A stretch of DNA of 56,063 nt from a virus (lineage: Duplodnaviria > Caudoviricetes): the IMG/VR virus record IMGVR_UViG_3300025875_000029, positions 1 through 56,063 of that record; one strand, 5' to 3'. Of the stretch, positions 44,577-52,707 are shown piece after piece (positions within the stretch are counted from its first letter, which is position 1; every line of letters starts with the position of its first letter). A model generated the notes under the pieces. It had not been told where the DNA came from. It did no database searches and saw nothing but the letters and a program-made list of their open reading frames with translations. The position numbers were made by a program, and so were the translations under genes.

Positions 44577-45605
44577 ATGACCCTGATCCTCGACCTGGTC
44601 GACCCGCAGGAGCTGCAGGGCTACGTGCGCGGCTTCCAGGAGGAGCAGGAGGCGAACCAGTTCCGGCTGTCCGCCTACCTGCCGAACAACAACATCGACG
44701 ACATCGAGTACCGGATCACCACCGGTGCGCTCCGGATGCCCGACGCCGCGATGGTCCGCGCCTGGGACACCGAGGCCCCGATCGGGTCCCGCCAGGGACT
44801 GCGTCGGCTGTTCGGCGAGCTGCCGCCGATCAGCAAGAAGATCCGCCTCGGTGAGGAGGAGCGGCTCCGCAAGCGCAAGATCGAGACCGGTTCCAACGCG
44901 GCGATCATCAACGCGATCTACGACGACGCGGCGAACATGACGCTGTCGGTCCTGTCCCGCATCGAGATGATGCGCGGCGAGGTCCTGGAGACGGGCAAGA
45001 TCGCGATCAACGAGAACGGCGTGGTCCTCAACGTGGACTTCGGCCGCAAGGCGGCCCACACCGCCACGGCCGCCACGAAGTGGGACCAGGCGGGTTCGGA
45101 CCCGGTGGCGGACATGACGGCCTGGGTCCAGGCGTACGTGGACGCCAACGGCCAGCCGCCGGTCCAGGGCCTGACCTCGACCAAGGTGCTCAACTCGCTC
45201 ATCTCCAACCAGAAGATGCGCGACTACTCGGGCCGGGGCGCGTTCGTCCCGGGCCGGATCACCGCCGCCGAGGCCCGCCAGGTGTTCGCGGACTTCAACC
45301 TCCCGCCCCTGGTCGCCTACGACTCGAAGGTCCGGGTCAACGGTACCCAGCAGCGGATCCTGAACGAGAAGAAGATCACGTTCGTCGCCGGTGCCGGTCA
45401 GATGGGCGGTACCCTTTTCGGGACCACCGCCGAGGCGCTGACCCTGGTGGAGGCCCGGGCGATCGCCGGGGCCGACGCCCCGGGTCTGATCGCCACGACC
45501 CACGCCAACGACGACCCGGTCTCGACCTGGACCAAGGTGGCGGGCATCGCGCTCCCCACTCTGACCAGCCCGGACGCGACGTTCAGCGTGCAGGTCCTCA
45601 CCTGA
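44577..45605 (+). CDS. Major capsid protein (lambda gpE-like)
   Basis: LPPIS.K..L.EEE, RIE.MRGEVL.TGK, DFG, SDP..D motifs. Confidence 0.9.
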   Translation: MTLILDLVDPQELQGYVRGFQEEQEANQFRLSAYLPNNNIDDIEYRITTGALRMPDAAMVRAWDTEAPIGSRQGLRRLFGELPPISKKIRLGEEERLRKRKIETGSNAAIINAIYDDAANMTLSVLSRIEMMRGEVLETGKIAINENGVVLNVDFGRKAAHTATAATKWDQAGSDPVADMTAWVQAYVDANGQPPVQGLTSTKVLNSLISNQKMRDYSGRGAFVPGRITAAEARQVFADFNLPPLVAYDSKVRVNGTQQRILNEKKITFVAGAGQMGGTLFGTTAEALTLVEARAIAGADAPGLIATTHANDDPVSTWTKVAGIALPTLTSPDATFSVQVLT

Positions 45606-45691
45606 TCTGAAGCGCGGCCGTCGGGCCCCGACCTGGACTAAACTCCGGGTCGGGGCCCGATCCGTGTCCCGACCCTGACCGAGGAGTGAGC

Positions 45692-45982
45692 ATGGGCAAG
45701 CTGGCTGGCGACGCGTACGTGTACTACGGCGGCGAGGAGTACGCCCCCGGCGACGAGCTGCCTTCGGAGCTGTCCCACCTGACCGTGGGGTACGAGGGCA
45801 CCCCCGAGGACTCCGAAGACCAGGGAGGTACCACGGAGGGCGACGACGGGGTGTCGGGGCTGACGGTCCCCGAGCTTCGCGAGGAGCTGGACAAGCTGGT
45901 CCCCGAGGGTGGCGAGCCGCTGTACACCTCCGGTGACCGCAAGGACGCGCTCGTGGCGAAGCTGAAGGCCGCCCGGGCGTGA
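45692..45982 (+). CDS. Small head-associated protein with HeH/LEM-like C-terminus
   Basis: LTVPELRE...RKDALVAKL. Confidence 0.65.
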   Translation: MGKLAGDAYVYYGGEEYAPGDELPSELSHLTVGYEGTPEDSEDQGGTTEGDDGVSGLTVPELREELDKLVPEGGEPLYTSGDRKDALVAKLKAARA

Positions 45983-46365
45983 CCGCTCCGCTCCACCCGT
46001 TCGACGAGACGCAGGTGGCCCAGCTCCAGGCGGAGCTGGGCACCACCCTCGACTTCGAGAATCTGACGGCCCGGTACGTCCGGCTGGAGGGTGACCTCGA
46101 CGCCGTGATCACAGAGGTGCTCCGGATCCGGCTGGCCGACATCAACGCCGGTCCCACCACGTTCAGCATCCCCGGCGAGTACAGCCAGGACGCGACCGCC
46201 CAGCAGAAGGCGCTGGAGGCCCGGCTCGGTGTGAACGCGACGACCGCCCAGGCGTTCGTCAACATCGCCCGCTCGAAGTTCTCCCGCCCCGACGAGCGGG
46301 CGATGGACACCGAGGAGCGCACGGTCCGCCGTAGCGCGTGGCGGCAGGGTCGCCGGGGCCGGTGA
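45979..46365 (+). CDS. Head-to-tail adaptor (putative)
   Basis: Position, size and FSIPGEYSQ motif. Confidence 0.6.
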   Translation: MTAPLHPFDETQVAQLQAELGTTLDFENLTARYVRLEGDLDAVITEVLRIRLADINAGPTTFSIPGEYSQDATAQQKALEARLGVNATTAQAFVNIARSKFSRPDERAMDTEERTVRRSAWRQGRRGR

Positions 46366-48950
46366 CCGAGCCGATCCGTCTTCCCGCCTCGCAGAAGCAG
46401 GCGTCCGAGGCGTTGGCCGACGCCTACGGCGAGGCGTGGAAGCGGATCAACGACGCCCAGCTCGCCCTGGGCGACGACCCGCTGCAGGCGCGGAAGAAAG
46501 CCCGGCTGAACGAACTGTCCGCCATGGTCAGCCGGGAACTGATGGAACTGGACGGCAAGGCCCGCGAGTACGCCAGCCAGAAGCACGGCGGGATCTTCAC
46601 CGCAGCCTCGATCCGGGCCGCTAAGGCTGTGGACCCGGAGGCGCTGGCGTACGTCCAGCCGAACATCGAGGCGGCGGAGAAGCTGGCGAACGGCCTGGAG
46701 CGGGAGCTGCTGGAGGCTACCGCCCACGTCGACCAGACCACCAAGCAGCTGATCCGGAAGATCGGCCGGGATGCTGGTTTGAAGACCGCCATCGACGGGA
46801 AGACCGCGAAGCAAGCGGGGACCGAGATGGCGCGGATCCTCCGGCAGTCCGGTATCCACGCGGTGACCTACGCCAACGGGGCGAAGGTCGGCCTGGAGTC
46901 CTACGCCCGGATGGCGATCCGCACCTCGACCGCGCTGGCGTTGAACCAGGGTGCGATCCAGGGTTCGGAGGACGCGGGGTGCCTGTGGTGGGAGATCTTC
47001 GACGGCCAGACCTGCGGGTGGAAGAACCACAAGGACCCGGAGCGGGCGCACGGGAAGGTCGTCTCGCGCGAAGAGGCACTCGCCTACCCGATCGCCCACC
47101 CAAACTGCCGCCGAGCGGTCGGCCCCCGGCCGGACCTCGGTATCGACAAGTCGGTCCGTGGAGCCCCCAAGCCCCAGGTGAAGACCAACGCCGATATCGC
47201 CAAGAAAGCCGCGAACAACACCCCACCGGCGCAGACTCCGGGCTCGGTGGTCAACGGCGTCCAGACGTTCAAGATGGGGCCGATCGGTGGTGGCGGGCCG
47301 GTCCTGACCAGGGAGCAAGTGGCGGCCAACATCGCCCAGGCTGAGGCGGAACGGAAGGCCACCCTCGCCAAGTACGCCCAGGTGATCCAGGAGCAGAAGG
47401 CTAAGGACGCGGCGGAGCGGGCCGCCAAGGCAGCTGCGAAGAAGGCCAAGTCCGAGGCCGCCCAGCAGGCCGCGTCGCTGCCGGACCCGACCCCGACCAA
47501 CGGCGAGTTCGTCTACCCGGATTACCTGTTCCAGGTCGCCAAGATCGACAAGCGGCTGAAGGCCAGTCAGTTCAAGCTGAACCCTCGCACTCAGAAGCTG
47601 ATCACCGACCGACTGGCCGCTGCCGACTTCGACCCGGACCTGGCGTCCGAATACGACCTGCTGGTCTGGGTACAGGAGACCAGCGCCCGGGTCGGTAACG
47701 GCGACGACCTGTCGGCGGCGATGCACGCGCTGGGCCGCCACAACGAGAAGCGGGTTGTCCGGTACCTGGTCGACGGTGGCCGGATGCCGGATCCGATCGA
47801 CCTGACCCCCGGCACGGCGAAGACCGACATCGTCCCGAGCTACCCGAGGACCGACGCCGACACGTTCTGGCAGCCGACGGTCCCGGTCGACGCCGACAGC
47901 GTGTCCGCCCGGGGCCAGGAGGTGATCCGCCAGTTCAACGAGGTCTGGGGCGAGGACGACCTTACCCCAGCTCAGCTGGCGGCGGTGAAGGCGTACAGCC
48001 GGGGGTCGGACAAGGCGATCAACACCCGACTCCGGAAGGGTGCGAAGGACAACGCCCAGACCACCGCGCTCCGGGCGGCGATGCGACCGCTGCCCCGGTC
48101 GACCCGGGTCATGCGAGGGGTGGACCTGGACACCTTCGGGTACAAGGCGATCACCGACCTGGATTACCAGGGCTTCGACGACTACGACGGTCAGATGTCG
48201 TTCCTGCGGGCCATGGTCGGCAACACCTTCGAAGACCGAGGCTTCATGTCCACCTCGGTTAACCCGAACGGCGGGTTCGCGGCTGAGGTGGACATCGTGA
48301 TCGACGTCCCCGAGGGCTACCGGGGGGCCTGGGTCGAGCCGCATTCCAACTCGCCGGGCGAGGCTGAGCTGCTGCTGGACCGGGGTACCCGGCTGGAGAT
48401 CTACAAGGTGGAGGACGCCGGGGTCGGCAGTAGTGCCTCGCTGGCGAGGATCTACGCCCGGGTGGTGCACCAGGACGACACTTACGACTACGACCCGAGC
48501 AAGGCGGCCGAGTCGCTGGAGCGGGGCAAGAAGACCCCGGGGACGGGCACCGAGGAACCGCCACTGCTGCGGCGGACCGCGAAGATCACCGAAGCTCCGG
48601 ACAGGTCGCTGTACCCGTCCCAGCTGCCGCCGCCGGTGGTGGAGGCCAAGCCGGGCGGGGACCTGGTGGAGGTCGTCCAGGTCGTCGGCCCGGTGGACAA
48701 GTACAGCAAGCTCCCGTTCGACATCCCGAAGCGCCCGCCGAATGTCGCCAGTTCGCCGAAGGTCGAGCTCACCGGCGTTACCGAGTCGGGGACGATCGAG
48801 TTCGCCGACGGGACCACCTTGAATCCGATCCAGGGTATGACGTTCCGGAATGGCCAGGTCACGAACATGGGCGGGCCGTCTCGGGTGAAGTGGGCCAAGA
48901 CGATCGGCCAGCTGTGGAACCAGCACAACGGAGGAGTGGTCCAGACATGA
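46362..48950 (+). CDS. MuF-like minor capsid protein fused to a VIP2-type ADP-ribosyltransferase
   Basis: YARMAIRT...PIAHPNCRR (MuF); YS....IN..LR, VMRG, GFMSTS, EAELLL (R-STS-ExE). Confidence 0.88.
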   Translation: MTEPIRLPASQKQASEALADAYGEAWKRINDAQLALGDDPLQARKKARLNELSAMVSRELMELDGKAREYASQKHGGIFTAASIRAAKAVDPEALAYVQPNIEAAEKLANGLERELLEATAHVDQTTKQLIRKIGRDAGLKTAIDGKTAKQAGTEMARILRQSGIHAVTYANGAKVGLESYARMAIRTSTALALNQGAIQGSEDAGCLWWEIFDGQTCGWKNHKDPERAHGKVVSREEALAYPIAHPNCRRAVGPRPDLGIDKSVRGAPKPQVKTNADIAKKAANNTPPAQTPGSVVNGVQTFKMGPIGGGGPVLTREQVAANIAQAEAERKATLAKYAQVIQEQKAKDAAERAAKAAAKKAKSEAAQQAASLPDPTPTNGEFVYPDYLFQVAKIDKRLKASQFKLNPRTQKLITDRLAAADFDPDLASEYDLLVWVQETSARVGNGDDLSAAMHALGRHNEKRVVRYLVDGGRMPDPIDLTPGTAKTDIVPSYPRTDADTFWQPTVPVDADSVSARGQEVIRQFNEVWGEDDLTPAQLAAVKAYSRGSDKAINTRLRKGAKDNAQTTALRAAMRPLPRSTRVMRGVDLDTFGYKAITDLDYQGFDDYDGQMSFLRAMVGNTFEDRGFMSTSVNPNGGFAAEVDIVIDVPEGYRGAWVEPHSNSPGEAELLLDRGTRLEIYKVEDAGVGSSASLARIYARVVHQDDTYDYDPSKAAESLERGKKTPGTGTEEPPLLRRTAKITEAPDRSLYPSQLPPPVVEAKPGGDLVEVVQVVGPVDKYSKLPFDIPKRPPNVASSPKVELTGVTESGTIEFADGTTLNPIQGMTFRNGQVTNMGGPSRVKWAKTIGQLWNQHNGGVVQT

Positions 48951-49105
48951 GTCGACTCGACGACCCGAAAAGCCAGCAGTTCGTGGTGGTACCCAAGCGG
49001 ACCCCGGCGGGGGTGGCGGAGCTGGTGGTCGGCCGGACCACGATGGACAAGCTCCGGGCGGCGGAGCAGGAGCGAAGGGACGCCCGGCGCAAGCGTCGGC
49101 GGTAA
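48947..49105 (+). CDS. Small basic protein coupled to MuF-ART
   Basis: GGAGGAG RBS, ATGA overlap. Confidence 0.55.
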   Translation: MSRLDDPKSQQFVVVPKRTPAGVAELVVGRTTMDKLRAAEQERRDARRKRRR

Positions 49106-49115
49106 AATCCGGGGC

Positions 49116-49487
49116 ATGCCACTGCCCCGAGTCAAGATCGTCCTCGCCCCCGGTGTCGCCAGCAGCGACAACTTGATCGAGATCAACGGCCACGACGTCA
49201 CCTCGGCCATCGCCGGGGTCCAGGTCGCCCGTATCTCCGCCGAACCGCTGGCCCACGTCACCCTCCACCTGATGGCGGAGGCCGAGCTGGACCTGGAGGG
49301 GGTGGACATCCAGGTGGTGTCTCCGACCTCCGGGAGCCCCGCCGAGGGCCTCGCGGAGTTCCTGGGGTCCATCGACCCCGGCGAGCTAGAGCAGGCCGCC
49401 CTGGCGGCCATGAACGGGCTCGACGGTGGGCCCGCCAATGTCGGTGAGGCGTTCGTCGCCGTCTTGAAGGAGTGGGCGAAGGACTGA
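49116..49487 (+). CDS. Hypothetical protein
   Basis: IEINGHDVT motif; codon bias. Confidence 0.7.
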   Translation: MPLPRVKIVLAPGVASSDNLIEINGHDVTSAIAGVQVARISAEPLAHVTLHLMAEAELDLEGVDIQVVSPTSGSPAEGLAEFLGSIDPGELEQAALAAMNGLDGGPANVGEAFVAVLKEWAKD

Positions 49488-49861
49488 TGGTCAACCTGGG
49501 TCCGGCGCAGGCGTCGGTAGAACGACTGATGACCGACCGCGTCCGGCTATACCACAACCCGGGCGGGGTCGAAGACGACACCATGGCACCGGACCCAGGG
49601 AACCTCGACCTCGATACCGGGCCGAAGCACCCGTACTACGACGGACCCGCCACGGTGAAGATCAGCGAAGCAGCTGAGGACGGCGCTGCCGCATCGGTCC
49701 CGATGCGCATCGTCCCCGACGAGGGAGACATCTTCGAGACCGTGGACACCCGGGACCCCGGTGCCCAGGACCGGTGGTTCCGGGTGGACCAGGTCCGGGG
49801 TGGGACGTTCGCCGTCTCCCGCCGCCTGGTGATCGTGGAGACGGCCAAGCCGTGGCGGTAG
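49487..49861 (+). CDS. Head-to-tail stopper (DUF6093-like)
   Basis: ERLMTDRV...YDGPA; synteny. Confidence 0.65.
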   Translation: MVNLGPAQASVERLMTDRVRLYHNPGGVEDDTMAPDPGNLDLDTGPKHPYYDGPATVKISEAAEDGAAASVPMRIVPDEGDIFETVDTRDPGAQDRWFRVDQVRGGTFAVSRRLVIVETAKPWR

Positions 49862-50283
49862 ACTACGTGATCTCGGTCAACGGCGCGGGATCGCTGTCGG
49901 CCGGTCTGTCCGGCGCTTCGATGGCGGTCGAGGGCGCGGTCGACCAGATCCTGGACTACACCTCCGCGATGCTGCTTACCCAGATCAAGCGGAACGCCTC
50001 CGGCCGCCCCGGGCCGAACGCGCCGACCGGCGACTACCGCCGGTCCTGGACCCGCCGTCGGATCAAGAACGGCTGGGTCGTGGGGACCAACCGGCCGCAG
50101 GCCCGGCGTCTGGAGATGGGCTTCTACGGCCGGGACTCGCTGGGCCGGATGTACCACCAGCAGCCTTACCCGCACCTGGGCCCGGCGATGGACACGGTGA
50201 CCCCACCGTATCTGCAGGCGATGGACGCCCTGGCCAAGAGCATCAGCTCACTAGACGGTTCGATCACATTCGGAGTTCGCTAA
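49852..50283 (+). CDS. HK97 gp10-like tail completion protein
   Basis: TGDYRRSW...VGTN.PQARRLEMG...PYPHLGPA. Confidence 0.85.
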   Translation: MAVDYVISVNGAGSLSAGLSGASMAVEGAVDQILDYTSAMLLTQIKRNASGRPGPNAPTGDYRRSWTRRRIKNGWVVGTNRPQARRLEMGFYGRDSLGRMYHQQPYPHLGPAMDTVTPPYLQAMDALAKSISSLDGSITFGVR

Positions 50284-50720
50284 TGCCTGCGCCCCGCCAG
50301 CTGGTGACCCTCGCGTTCAAGGAGCTACTGGGCCGCCACCCGTCGATGAAGGTCTACTCGGGGTTCATCCCGGATACTCCGGCGCTGCCGCTGGCAGTCC
50401 TGAACTCGATCGACGGCGGCCGGTACGACGGGCCGCCTCTGGTCGCTCCGGACGCTGATGCCTGGTACGTCTACCAGGTGGATGTGGTCGGTTCCCGAAT
50501 GGATCAGGTGGAGAAGGGCCGGGACGAGCTGCGGGAGCTGGTCCTCGGTCGGGATCGCGAGGGCGCGTTTCTTCACGACCTTGAAGTCGTGCCGGGTTTC
50601 GTTTGGGCGGATAGACTGCCTTCCGACACCCCTGGCGGTGTTGACGTTGAGAAGGCACCATCCGGCACGATCTTCACGGCAAGTCACCGCTACACCCTGG
50701 CGTTGACACCGTCAAACTGA
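50283..50720 (+). CDS. Tail terminator (putative)
   Basis: YQVDVVG...Q...RD; synteny. Confidence 0.7.
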   Translation: MPAPRQLVTLAFKELLGRHPSMKVYSGFIPDTPALPLAVLNSIDGGRYDGPPLVAPDADAWYVYQVDVVGSRMDQVEKGRDELRELVLGRDREGAFLHDLEVVPGFVWADRLPSDTPGGVDVEKAPSGTIFTASHRYTLALTPSN

Positions 50721-50733
50721 AGGGACACCCAGC

Positions 50734-51186
50734 GTGGCAGAGTTCGTCACGATCAGGCACGAGTCCCAGCCCGAGGACTTCGAGGGGGCTCGTACGTCGC
50801 TGGAGGCGTTCGAGACCTACTACAAGGCCAAGGGCTGGGTGATCAACGGCGACGCCCCCGCCGAGTCCCCGAGCAACGCGACGCCCTCGCTCACGGTCGC
50901 GGAGCAGGTCCGCCTGCTCGCCTCCAACCCGGAGAAGCTCCAGGCGAACCTGGCCCCCACCTCCCCCGAGGCGCTCGCCGCCGAGGAGACGGCTGACGCC
51001 CAGACCGACGCACTGACCGAGGTCGTCGCCAACGCGACCGCCGCCGAGCTGGTGGCGGTCGTCGAGTCGAACCCGGAGGTGGCGGAGCAGGTCGCCGCCG
51101 CCGAGACGGCAGGCAAGAACCGCTCCACCGTGACCAAGGCGGCGCAGAAGGCCGCCACCGCTGCTGAGACGGAGGTCCAGGCGTGA
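50734..51186 (+). CDS. Hypothetical protein
   Basis: YKAKGW and AAE.AGKNRST motifs. Confidence 0.7.
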   Translation: MAEFVTIRHESQPEDFEGARTSLEAFETYYKAKGWVINGDAPAESPSNATPSLTVAEQVRLLASNPEKLQANLAPTSPEALAAEETADAQTDALTEVVANATAAELVAVVESNPEVAEQVAAAETAGKNRSTVTKAAQKAATAAETEVQA

Positions 51187-51638
51187 GGTTCTTCCGCCGT
51201 GGCAAGTCCAAGGTCTACATCGTCCCGGCGGTCGTCGGTGCGAGCCCGACCTCGGCCGAGCTGACCGCCGGAACCGACGTCTCCGGCGACCTCGCCGCGA
51301 TCTCGGGCTTCGGCATCACCAACTCCCCGATCCCGACCCCCGACCTCGGTACGGCCTTCAACAGCCAGATCGAGGGCGAGGACGCGGCCGAGGACTGCAG
51401 CATGACGTTCTACGACGACGACACGCTGAACGTCCTGCGGACCCTGCTGGTCAAGGGCGCGGCCGTCTCGGTCGTGCTCATGCCCTACGGCAAGATCAGC
51501 ACCAAGCGCTGCGAGGTCTGGAAGGTGAAGTCCACGGGCTTCAACGACCAGTGGACGCTGGACGCCTCGGCGGCCCAGGCGGTCTGCACCTTCGCCGTCG
51601 TCGCCGCCCCGAACCAGGCGGGCGTCATCCCCACCTGA
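51183..51638 (+). CDS. Major tail (tube) protein
   Basis: PT.AEL.AG.DVS......GF......TPD...F..QI.G; synteny. Confidence 0.85.
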   Translation: MRFFRRGKSKVYIVPAVVGASPTSAELTAGTDVSGDLAAISGFGITNSPIPTPDLGTAFNSQIEGEDAAEDCSMTFYDDDTLNVLRTLLVKGAAVSVVLMPYGKISTKRCEVWKVKSTGFNDQWTLDASAAQAVCTFAVVAAPNQAGVIPT

Positions 51639-51780
51639 TGTAAGGTAGGGGCTCCTCCGCCAAGAGGAACCGCAACACCCTGCACTCCGCTAGTCAGACG
51701 AGGGTCTGGCCTACGACGCGCGAATCGTCGCAGGTCAGGCCCTCGATCTGTTCGACCGCCCCGAGAGGAAACAGGACACC

Positions 51781-52344
51781 ATGGCAGCACGACGTACCGC
51801 CCGACCCGCGCCCACCGCCGATCACCTGCTCAGCGCGAAGGCCCCCGTCACCGTCCGGGAGATGTTCGGCGTCCCGGAGGAGGAGGCGATCGCCCTGGAG
51901 ACCGCCAAGCAGGCCCTGGCTCGGGCCCGCACCCTCAACGACGGGTCCGAGGCCGGGGAGGCCCGGGTCGCCCGGGCGCAGAAGGCCGCCGACGAAGCCC
52001 GCGACGCCGTCCGCAACGCCGAGGGCGTGGTGGAGGTCGTGGTCCGATCGATCGGCCGGGGCGCGTGGGAGAAGCTGAAGGAGGCCCACCCGCCGACCGA
52101 GGCGCAGAAGGCCAAGCTCGCCGCCCAGGTCAAGGAGGGCGAGGAGGCCCCGGTCCTGACCTTCAACCCCGACACGTTCCCGGTGGCGGCCCTCGCCGCC
52201 TCCTGTGAGTCCCCCAAGATGACCGTCGAGCAGGCGCAGGCGATCTGGGACTCGGAGGACTGGAACGAGGAGGAGTGCGCCCGGCTCGCCCAGATGGTCC
52301 TGCAGGCGAACGAGTCCCGCCGGGTGGCGAACCTGGCTTTCTGA
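51781..52344 (+). CDS. Tail assembly chaperone (gpG-like)
   Basis: EAHPPT...FNPDTFP.A.LAA motif; lies before the tape measure gene. Confidence 0.8.
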   Translation: MAARRTARPAPTADHLLSAKAPVTVREMFGVPEEEAIALETAKQALARARTLNDGSEAGEARVARAQKAADEARDAVRNAEGVVEVVVRSIGRGAWEKLKEAHPPTEAQKAKLAAQVKEGEEAPVLTFNPDTFPVAALAASCESPKMTVEQAQAIWDSEDWNEEECARLAQMVLQANESRRVANLAF

Positions 52345-52703
52345 TCCGGGCCGACCCCGAACTCGTCGAGGAGCTGGAGTATTGCGTACCACTCGGTATC
52401 CCGCACTCCAGTTTCCTCGGCCGGGTAGTCGGCCCGGGCGAACCGCAGTGGGAGGAGCGCGACCGTGAACTGGCCCTGGCCTGGAAACGGATGGACCGCG
52501 AGCGCTGCTCCAGCTGCGGCACCTTCGAAGATGAGTGGGGCCGGGACAGGTTCGCGTACGTCGCCCACGCGCGGGTCTGCCCCGGTTGCGAGAACCTGGA
52601 GAACGAGAAGCACAACCTTCCGCCGGAGGGCGTGCCCGGCCTGAAGACCTACCTGTTGCCCCGACAGGTCGCGGAACTGCTGGATGACGACAACGAGGGG
52701 TAG
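52338..52703 (+). CDS. Tail assembly chaperone extension (gpT-like), reached by a -1 frameshift
   Basis: The -1 frame ORF overlaps the gpG end at GCT TTC TGA and has no own start; W.ERDRELALAW....RC..CG. Confidence 0.7.
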   Translation, partial: FLIRADPELVEELEYCVPLGIPHSSFLGRVVGPGEPQWEERDRELALAWKRMDRERCSSCGTFEDEWGRDRFAYVAHARVCPGCENLENEKHNLPPEGVPGLKTYLLPRQVAELLDDDNEG

Positions 52704-52707
52704 ATAG

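Noticed and set aside
43815-49268. Very long minus-strand ORFs (also 51694..56007, 41193..43406, 14296..16095)
   Set aside because: Antisense shadows of high-GC3 genes; Arg/Gly/Val-rich with no motifs or RBS.
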